Assembly (NCBI GenBank): GCA_944388995.1
Contig: CALXKN010000005.1
Coordinates: 30,895-94,894, forward strand
Direction: 5' to 3'
From: an uncultured Spirochaetota bacterium
Lineage (GTDB): Bacteria; Spirochaetota; Spirochaetia; JAFGXN01
DNA length: 64,000 nucleotides
Shown here: piece after piece, positions 19,370 through 26,702 of the stretch
How positions within the stretch are numbered: the stretch's first letter is position 1
How the letters are laid out: each line of letters begins with the position of its first letter
Position numbers and translations under genes: made by a program
Notes under the pieces: generated by a model
Database searches by the model: none
What the model was told of the DNA's origin: nothing
What the model saw: the letters and a program-made list of their open reading frames with translations, nothing else

Positions 19370-19623
19370 CGTCGTTCGGAAACTCTTTTGACTGCGGAGA
19401 TATAAATCAAATTGAAAAAGCGCTTCTGGATGAACGTTACGCAAACCTGCTCCGTGGAATTGATAACGCAAAGAGGTTTGATTATATGAACGACGGGATC
19501 CGGAGCGAACTGAGCGGTGATTTCAGTCTGACGCAGCTTTTTGAGCCGTACCGCTGGCAGCCGGTCAAAGCCTTCATGACCTATTATCCGTCAGATTTGA
19601 ATCTGCCTTTGGAGTTATGAAAT

Positions 19624-19823
19624 ATGGCTGAAATCATTGCGGTAACAAATCGAAAGGCGGGGTAGGGAAAACGACGATTGCCGGAAACACGGCGTATGAG
19701 TACGCGCGCGCCGGCTATAAAACGCTGATGATAGACGCTGATCCGCAGGGTTCGCTTTCCGGATGGATGAGCGGGAAAAAGAATGTCAAGTATTTTATAA
19801 GATTTTCATGGTTAAATCTTTAA
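19624..19823 (+). pseudogene. ParA/Soj-type partition ATPase remnant, frameshifted and truncated
   Basis: ATG-AEIIAVTN runs into a TAG. One frame over, the sequence reads SKGGVGKTTIAGNTAYEYARAGYKTLMIDADPQGSLS, which is the deviant Walker A and A' region. That frame stops at 19821-19823. About 190 aa of a normal ParA is missing. Confidence 0.6.
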
Positions 19824-20095
19824 CTTTTATCGGATCGGATACCGGATGAAGTTTTTATTCTGGCTGATGAACTTTAAAATTTTATCCGGAGAAATCAACG
19901 AAACCAATTTCTATGAGACGGCCGAAAAAATCGCCAGGCAGATCGATCCGTCGTGGAAATGGCGGAAACAGGAACTGGGAGCGCTCCGTTACTCGCGTAT
20001 ACGATTCCGGAAATTCTGTTACCAAGAATTCTTTAAATAAAAATTTTAACAGAATATACATTTTCGGAAGTAAAATTAATATTCTTTTTCAAGCC

Positions 20096-21229
20096 TCACG
20101 AAACTCTTCCTTTAAAATCTCCGTACCCGAATTTCCGGACACACTCCACCGTCCCGTTTGATTTCAGTACGGCGAGAGACGGCAGCGGTATGCCGTTGAA
20201 GGTATTGTTTTTCACAAACGAATAAATGACAGCGTCTTCGAAAATCAGGCGGCTGCCCGGTTCCAACGGTTGATCGAATGAATAATCGCCGATGATATCG
20301 CCTGCCAGACAGGTCGGACCGGCCAGACGGTACGAATACCGTTTTTCGTTCGGCAGGCCGCTGCCAAAAAGCGGCGGACGGTACGGCATCTCCAGGACGT
20401 CGGGCATATGGCAGGCCGCGGAAACATCAAGCAGCGCAATCTCTCCTCCGTTGCGGACGATGTCAAGAACCGTCGCCGTCAAATATCCCGCCTGATAGGC
20501 AACCGCCTCGCCCGGTTCCAGGTAAACATCCGTATGGTATTTGTCCCGAAAGCGGCGGACGGTTTCAGTCAGCGTTTTACGGTCGTAACCGCGCCGACTG
20601 ATGTGGTGCCCTCCTCCGAAATTGACCCATTTCATACGCGGCAAAAAGCGGCCGAATTTTTTTTCAACGGCGGCAAGCGTCTCAACCAAGGCGCCGCTGT
20701 TCTGTTCGCACAGCGTATGAAAATGCAGCCCTTCAAGGCCGTCCGTCAGATCTTCCCTGAACTGCGAAATTGTCACCCCGAGACGCGACTGCGGCGCGCA
20801 GGGATCGTAAATCGCCTTCTCCTGCGTCGAATGTTCGGGATTGATGCGGATTCCGCAGCTGCGCCCCGCGTTCAGAGCCGTCTCCCGGAATTTCTCCCAC
20901 TGGGAAAACGAATTGAAACTGATATGATCGCAGATCCCCGCAATTTCTTTAAATTCCGTTTCTTTGTAGGCGGCGCAAAAGACGTGAGTCTCCTTCCCCA
21001 TTTCCTCGAATCCGAGCCTTGCTTCAAAAAGACCGCTGGCTGTCGTTCCGTCCAGATATTTTCCGATTAACGGATAAAGAGCCGGAAGCGCAAACGCTTT
21101 CTGAGCCAACAGAATTTTACAGCCGGCTTTTTCGGAAACTTCGCGCAGAATTTCGAGATTTTCAATCAAACGGCTTTCGTCGACAATGTAGGCGGGAGTC
21201 CCGACGGAAAAAAGAGCATCGCAGTCCAT
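20096..21229 (-). CDS. nspC: Carboxynorspermidine/carboxyspermidine decarboxylase
   Basis: 377-aa PLP fold-III decarboxylase with family-typical blocks (GTPAYIVDES, INPEHS, HFHTLCEQNS). It is adjacent to the CANSDH-like gene. Confidence 0.8.
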   Translation of the reverse strand: MDCDALFSVGTPAYIVDESRLIENLEILREVSEKAGCKILLAQKAFALPALYPLIGKYLDGTTASGLFEARLGFEEMGKETHVFCAAYKETEFKEIAGICDHISFNSFSQWEKFRETALNAGRSCGIRINPEHSTQEKAIYDPCAPQSRLGVTISQFREDLTDGLEGLHFHTLCEQNSGALVETLAAVEKKFGRFLPRMKWVNFGGGHHISRRGYDRKTLTETVRRFRDKYHTDVYLEPGEAVAYQAGYLTATVLDIVRNGGEIALLDVSAACHMPDVLEMPYRPPLFGSGLPNEKRYSYRLAGPTCLAGDIIGDYSFDQPLEPGSRLIFEDAVIYSFVKNNTFNGIPLPSLAVLKSNGTVECVRKFGYGDFKGRVS

Positions 21230-21230
21230 T

Positions 21231-22433
21231 TCAATCCACCGGTACCGGATGAAAATCTTCGATCCACGGCAATCCTTGTCGATTCAGCTCTTCCATAAAC
21301 GGATCCGGATCAAACTGTTCGACGTTCCAAACGCCGGGACGGTTCCACTTTCCGTTCAAAACCATCATGGCGCCGATCATCGCGGGAACACCCGTTGTGT
21401 AGGAAACGGCCTGACTTCCGACCTCTTTGTAACACTCCTGATGATCGCAGATATTGTAAAGGTAATACGATTTCGGACGGCCGTCCTTCACTCCCTGAAA
21501 AATACAGCCGATATTGGTTTTTCCGACGGTCCGCGCTCCCAAATCGGCGGGATTCGGCAGGACCGCTTTAAGAAACTGAAGCGGCACGATTTTCTTTCCT
21601 TCAAATTCGATCGGTTCAATGGATGTCATGCCGACATTTTCCAGACACTTTAGGTGACGCAGGTAACTCTCCCCGAATGTCATGAAAAACCGGATCCGTC
21701 TGACGCCTTTGATATTGAGCGCCAGACTTTCAATCTCTTCATGATGGAGGAGATACATCTCTTTTTTGCCGACGCCGGCGAAGTCGTATTCCCGTTTGAT
21801 TTCCATCGGCTTTGTTTCGATCCACCGGCCGTTTTCCCAGTAGCTGCCGTTGGCGCTGACTTCGCGGATGTTGATTTCCGGATTGAAATTGGTCGCAAAC
21901 GGATATCCGTGATCGCCGCCGTTGCAATCAAGAATATCGATGGTGTGAATTTCGTCAAAAATATGTTTTTGCGCATAAGCCGCAAAAACGCCGGTGACGC
22001 CGGGATCAAATCCGCTTCCCAAAACGGCGCAGAGACCGGCTTTTTCGAATTTTTCCCGGTACGCCCACTGATACTTGTATTCGAATTTAGCTGTATCCTT
22101 TGGTTCATAGTTGGCAGTATCGACATAATGAGCTCCGGTTTTCAGACAGGCATCCATAATCGTCAGATCCTGATACGGCAGCGCCAGATTCAAAACGACA
22201 TCGGGTTTAAATTCCTTCATCAGAGCGGTAAGTTCATCGACTTTGTCGGCGTCAACTTGAGCCGTTTTGATTTTCGTCGCGGTCGTTCCTTCCAGTCTGC
22301 GTTTTAAGTCGTCGCATTTGGATTTTGTCCGGCTGGCGATTAAAATTTCCTCAAAAATACCGCTGTTTTGACAGCACTTGTGAACCGCGACGCTTGCAAC
22401 GCCGCCGCATCCGACAATCATGCATTTTCCCAT
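21231..22433 (-). CDS. Carboxynorspermidine/carboxyspermidine dehydrogenase (saccharopine dehydrogenase-like)
   Basis: Rossmann N-terminus IVGCGGVASV and the typical ~400-aa CANSDH layout (YVDTANYEP, GFDPGVT, YTTGVPA). Confidence 0.8.
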   Translation of the reverse strand: MGKCMIVGCGGVASVAVHKCCQNSGIFEEILIASRTKSKCDDLKRRLEGTTATKIKTAQVDADKVDELTALMKEFKPDVVLNLALPYQDLTIMDACLKTGAHYVDTANYEPKDTAKFEYKYQWAYREKFEKAGLCAVLGSGFDPGVTGVFAAYAQKHIFDEIHTIDILDCNGGDHGYPFATNFNPEINIREVSANGSYWENGRWIETKPMEIKREYDFAGVGKKEMYLLHHEEIESLALNIKGVRRIRFFMTFGESYLRHLKCLENVGMTSIEPIEFEGKKIVPLQFLKAVLPNPADLGARTVGKTNIGCIFQGVKDGRPKSYYLYNICDHQECYKEVGSQAVSYTTGVPAMIGAMMVLNGKWNRPGVWNVEQFDPDPFMEELNRQGLPWIEDFHPVPVD

Positions 22434-22435
22434 CT

Positions 22436-23296
22436 TTAACTCCTTTTGCGTTTCGTTATTTGAAGCAAAACTTCCCGCGCTAATTTGCAGATAACGGCTG
22501 TCGAACAGCCGCTTGAATCGTAATGAGGCGACAGTTCGGTCAGATCGCAGCCGACAACGTTCAGCCGGCCGAACTGCGCAACGGCGCTCAGCAAATCGCT
22601 GAAGCTGACGCCGCCCGGTTCCGGAGTGCCGGTTCCCGGAAAAACCGACGGATCCAGGACGTCCGCGTCGATTGTGATGTAAACCGGTTTCCCCCGGAGC
22701 TTTTCGACCGTTTCGCCGAATCCGTTCAAATCGAATTTCCGGATTTCGGTATGAGCTCCGGCAAATTCGAACTCGTACCGCTCACCGCTGCGGATTCCGA
22801 ATTGATGAATCCGTCCGTCTCCCGTTAAATCCCAAATCCGGCGCATGACCGTTGCGTGGGAGAGTTTTTCCCCCAGATAATCGTCGCGCAAATCGGTGTG
22901 AGCGTCGAAGTGAATCACGTGTAAATCGGGATAACGGTGCAAAACGGCTTTAACCGCTCCGAGGGTCACCAAATGTTCGCCGCCAATCATCAAAAATTTC
23001 TTGCCGTCATTTGTCAGTCTCAACGCAAACCGTTCGATTTCCGCAACCGCTTTTTCCGGGTTGCCGAACGGTAACTCCAAATCGCCTCCGTCAAACAGCA
23101 GCCGGTCGGTCAAATCCTCGCCGCAGTACGGAGAGTATGTTTCCAATCCTTCCGATTCACCGCGCACGGCCGACGGAGCAAAGCGGGCTCCGGGACGGTA
23201 AGAAACGGTGCCGTCAAACGGCGCTCCGAAAAGAACGGTTTCGGCTTCAGCATATCCGGCGCCGCACGCCAAAAAAGTCAGGACATTCTTATTCAC
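22436..23296 (-). CDS. speB: Agmatinase-type ureohydrolase
   Basis: Arginase-fold metal motifs are present: HFDAHTDL, GGEH, DADVLDP. Confidence 0.85.
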   Translation of the reverse strand: MNKNVLTFLACGAGYAEAETVLFGAPFDGTVSYRPGARFAPSAVRGESEGLETYSPYCGEDLTDRLLFDGGDLELPFGNPEKAVAEIERFALRLTNDGKKFLMIGGEHLVTLGAVKAVLHRYPDLHVIHFDAHTDLRDDYLGEKLSHATVMRRIWDLTGDGRIHQFGIRSGERYEFEFAGAHTEIRKFDLNGFGETVEKLRGKPVYITIDADVLDPSVFPGTGTPEPGGVSFSDLLSAVAQFGRLNVVGCDLTELSPHYDSSGCSTAVICKLAREVLLQITKRKRS

Positions 23297-24140
23297 GATT
23301 CAAAAGCTCCTTAACGTAATTCGGCAGCGCAAAGGCGCCCCGGTGAAGATCGGTGTTGTAATAACGGGTTTTCAGATTCAGCGCGTTCCAAGCGTCGGCT
23401 TTTAAATCGACTAAAGGATGGAATTTTTTCGAAGCAAATCCGAAAAGCCAGTGTCCCGACGGATAAGTGGGAATGTGAGCCTGATAAACTTCAGCAATCG
23501 GAAAAACGCGTGAAATGTGACGGTGCGTCCTGATCGCCTCTTCAGCATCATTGCAATAAAACGGACTTTCGTGCTGATTGATCAAAATTCCGTTTTCCGT
23601 CAGAGCGCGGAAACAGTTTCCGTAAAACTCTCGTGTAAAAAGCGACTCTCCCGGTCCGAACGGATCGGTTGAATCGACAATGATTAAATCATATTGATTT
23701 TCTTTACAGCGGACGAATTTCAAACCGTCCTGAATGTGCAGCGAAACGCGGGGATCATCGAAACCGCACGCCGTCTGCGGCAGAAACCGGCGGCAAACCT
23801 CCGCGACGCGGCCGTCAATTTCGGCTACATCAACCGAACGAACGTTCGCGTACCGCGTCAGTTCCCGCAGGACGCCGCCGTCTCCCGCGCCGATAACCAA
23901 AACCCGTTCGGTTTCCGGAAAAACCGCCATTGCGGGATGGACAATCATTTCGTGGTAGATAAATTCATCTTTTTCCGTCAGCATCATGATTCCGTCAAGC
24001 GCCAGAAACCGGCCGAATTCCTCCGAATCAAAGACCGAAATCGTCTGATGTTCGCTTTTTTCGTGATGAAGCTGGGATTTGACGCGGATCGAGAGACGGA
24101 CCGACGGAGTATGATACTCGCTGAACCAAAGGTCATCCAT
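23289..24140 (-). CDS. speE: Spermidine synthase-type aminopropyltransferase
   Basis: Motifs GAGDGGVLRE, DLIIVDSTDPFGPG and the N-terminal tetramerisation strand (WFSEYHT). Confidence 0.9.
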   Translation of the reverse strand: MDDLWFSEYHTPSVRLSIRVKSQLHHEKSEHQTISVFDSEEFGRFLALDGIMMLTEKDEFIYHEMIVHPAMAVFPETERVLVIGAGDGGVLRELTRYANVRSVDVAEIDGRVAEVCRRFLPQTACGFDDPRVSLHIQDGLKFVRCKENQYDLIIVDSTDPFGPGESLFTREFYGNCFRALTENGILINQHESPFYCNDAEEAIRTHRHISRVFPIAEVYQAHIPTYPSGHWLFGFASKKFHPLVDLKADAWNALNLKTRYYNTDLHRGAFALPNYVKELLNRE

Positions 24141-25593
24141 GGCATTCTCCTTTCAAAACATTCAGCCGGGAGAGATCCGGCGATTCGGCTCCCGTCATCA
24201 GACAGCCCTTCTCTTTTGATTGGCGGATCAATCCGATAATCTCCTCCGTAACGGCTTCGCCGGGAGCCAAAAGCGGGATTCCGGGCGGGTAACTCATCAC
24301 AAATTCAGCGCAAACCCGGCCGGCACAGGCGCTTAACGGAAGGCTCTCCTTTGCGCCAAAAAACGCGGCTTGAGGCGTCAGAACCACCCGGGGGGCTTCA
24401 ACGCCGGCGGCGGACGGCGGATTTCTGTCCGGTTTTTGATGAAGACGGCGGATTTCGTCAAGAGCGCCGATCAACCGTTCAATGTTTTTGCTTTTGTCGC
24501 CGACGGAAATGTAGGCCAAAATATTACTCAAATCGCCGAATTCGATTTGAATGTCAAAATCGTCCCGAAGCAAGTCATAAACTTCAATTCCCGAAAGTCC
24601 GATACCGAGCGTGTTGACCGCCAGTTTTGTTTCATCAAAATCGAAGACCGACTCGCCGTCAACCAACTCTTTCCCGTAGGCGTAATATCCTCCGATCGCG
24701 TTGATTTCCTCACGGGCGTAAGCGGCAAAGTCGACGGTTTTCTTAAAAATTTCTTTTCCGTGAAGCGCCAGATTGCGGCGGGAAATATCGAGACTGGCCA
24801 ACAAAAGGTAGGAGGCGCTGGTGGTTTGCGTTAAATTGATGACTTGGAGAAGACGCTCGGCGTTGACGTTTTTCCCGCAAAGCAACAGAGAGCTTTGGGT
24901 TAAAGATCCGCCCGATTTGTGCATACTGACGGCCGATAAATCGGCGCCTGCGTCCATTGCCGAAACCGGAAGATTTCCGCCGAAGTGAAAGTGGGCTCCG
25001 TGGGCTTCGTCCGCCAATACTTTCAGCCCGTAACCGTGAGCCGTTTCGGTCAGCCGTTTCAAATCGGAACAGATACCGTAATACGTCGGATTATTAATGA
25101 GAACCGCCTTGGCATTCGGATGGGCTTCAGCCGCGCGGCGGAGATCGCCGACGGTGATTCCGGCCGCAATTCCCGGCAACGGCAAAACTTTCGGAGTGAT
25201 ATACACGGGAACGGCGCCGCAAAGAACAAGAGCATTGAGGACGCTTTGGTGAACGTTCCGCGGTAAAATGATCTCTTCTCCGGCTCTGACGCTTGCCCAA
25301 ATCATCGCCTGTACAGCCGAAGTGGTTCCTCCTACCATGAAAAAAGCGCGCGCCGCGTTGAAGGCTTCGGCGGCCGTTTCTTCCGCCTCTTTAATGACGC
25401 CGTCGGGATGCATTAAATTATCCAAAGGTTTCATCGAATTGACATCGACCGAAAGACACCGCGCGCCGAGAAAATCGGTCAAATCGGGATTCCCGAATCC
25501 CCTTTTATGCCCCGGAACGTCAAAGGGCACCAAACGCGATCGACGAACCTCTTCGAGAGCTTCCGCCAAAGGAGCCCGGTTCTGATTCCTCAA
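24133..25593 (-). CDS. Orn/Lys/Arg decarboxylase family PLP enzyme (probable arginine decarboxylase, B. subtilis SpeA type)
   Basis: PLP-lysine motif SMHKSGGSL in a 486-aa fold-I decarboxylase. The arginine substrate is inferred only from the adjacent agmatinase. Confidence 0.75.
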   Translation of the reverse strand: MRNQNRAPLAEALEEVRRSRLVPFDVPGHKRGFGNPDLTDFLGARCLSVDVNSMKPLDNLMHPDGVIKEAEETAAEAFNAARAFFMVGGTTSAVQAMIWASVRAGEEIILPRNVHQSVLNALVLCGAVPVYITPKVLPLPGIAAGITVGDLRRAAEAHPNAKAVLINNPTYYGICSDLKRLTETAHGYGLKVLADEAHGAHFHFGGNLPVSAMDAGADLSAVSMHKSGGSLTQSSLLLCGKNVNAERLLQVINLTQTTSASYLLLASLDISRRNLALHGKEIFKKTVDFAAYAREEINAIGGYYAYGKELVDGESVFDFDETKLAVNTLGIGLSGIEVYDLLRDDFDIQIEFGDLSNILAYISVGDKSKNIERLIGALDEIRRLHQKPDRNPPSAAGVEAPRVVLTPQAAFFGAKESLPLSACAGRVCAEFVMSYPPGIPLLAPGEAVTEEIIGLIRQSKEKGCLMTGAESPDLSRLNVLKGECHG

Positions 25594-26369
25594 TTCTGTC
25601 CTCCGCGAAAAACGTTGCAGCCGCTGAAAATCTCAATCATTTCACTGCGAAGCGTATTCGTTATCGCCAGACGAACCTTCGGCGCAATCTCATACACATC
25701 CGAATTAAAGAGATAATTTTGAAGAATCAAATCTTTAATCAGCATTCGCGTATGAAAAATATTGGCCTGATAGACGTTGATATCGACGGCGTCGTATTTC
25801 TGCAGAATGTCGCCGTTGATGTAATTTTGAATTGAGGCGATGGCGTGATCAATAAAGAGTTTTTCGCCTCCGAGATTGCGGGTAAAGCCGCGTACACGGT
25901 AATCGATCGTGATAATATCCGAATCAAAGCTGTTGATCAGAAAGTCCAAAGTTGACAGCGGTGTAATCTGACCGCAGGTCGTCACATCAATATCGACTCG
26001 GAATGTGGCAATCGATGTCTCGGGGTGATATTCCGGATACGTATGCACCGTCACATGGCTTTTATCGAGATGGGCTACGACCGTCTCTCCGCTGCGGTTT
26101 TTAACCATGCTCTCTTCGGCAATCAGAAATGTGACGCTCGACCCTTGCGGTTCGTAATCTTGTTTGGAAATATTGAGAACCGTTGCGCCGATCATCCCCG
26201 TCAGTTTCATCAGAATGTCGGTCAGCCGTTCGGAGTTGTACTGTTCGTTGATGTATTTGATATAATCTTGCTGTTCCCTGACGGTTTTCGCGTAACAGAT
26301 GTCGTATATGTTAAAGCTCAACGATTTCGTTAAATTGTTGAACCCGTGCAGTTTCATTTTATCCGGCAT
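25590..26369 (-). CDS. speD: S-adenosylmethionine decarboxylase proenzyme (E. coli-type)
   Basis: MKLHGFNNLTKSLSFNIYDICYAKT closely matches the E. coli SpeD N-terminus. The start is set at ATG 26369, 4 nt after a GGAGGG SD. Confidence 0.9.
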   Translation of the reverse strand: MPDKMKLHGFNNLTKSLSFNIYDICYAKTVREQQDYIKYINEQYNSERLTDILMKLTGMIGATVLNISKQDYEPQGSSVTFLIAEESMVKNRSGETVVAHLDKSHVTVHTYPEYHPETSIATFRVDIDVTTCGQITPLSTLDFLINSFDSDIITIDYRVRGFTRNLGGEKLFIDHAIASIQNYINGDILQKYDAVDINVYQANIFHTRMLIKDLILQNYLFNSDVYEIAPKVRLAITNTLRSEMIEIFSGCNVFRGGQN

Positions 26370-26412
26370 AAATCCCTCCGAAAAGATTTTCGCAATCACG
26401 CCTGACGGGGGG

Positions 26413-26426
26413 ATTCAACGTTGAAT
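26413..26426. promoter_or_regulatory. Perfect 14-bp palindrome ATTCAACGTTGAAT in the speD leader
   Basis: Seen directly. It lies 44 nt upstream of the speD ATG. Confidence 0.5.
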
Positions 26427-26648
26427 TCGATATTAAAAACCGACTCGCCGTATCAACCGTTTCACAAGCGTGTATCGCCTACACTCGGCATAAAGCCGAC
26501 GGCAATTTCTTGCCGCTTATAAAAGATGCGTTTCCGCAATCAAATGTGATTCCTCACAATCGGCATTTGACCCGGCTGTCCGTATGGCCTCTGAAACTCT
26601 CTAAGAGTCGGTCCGTCATCTTCGTCGATAAAACGAATAGACACATAC

Positions 26649-26677
26649 AGGATAAACGATTTCTCTGTTTTTGTCAA
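26649..26677 (-). promoter_or_regulatory. Candidate sigma70-type promoter of the polyamine operon
   Basis: On the minus strand: TTGACA, 17 nt, TATCCT. It lies 26 nt downstream of the guaA stop and implies a ~270-nt 5' leader. Confidence 0.5.
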
Positions 26678-26702
26678 GAGGTTTTTATCGCCTCGATTTC
26701 CC

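Noticed and set aside
20051-20085. AGAATAT...ATATTCT inverted repeat as a terminator for the polyamine operon.
   Set aside because: The stem is 7 bp of A/T only, with a 21-nt loop. That is too weak to call.
26370-26648. Possible SAM-I, T-box, TPP or cobalamin riboswitch in the speD leader.
   Set aside because: The AGAGAG...GAGG...GGCC stretch only superficially resembles an S-box. I could not find the conserved cores of any of these classes. It is kept only as an unclassified candidate leader.
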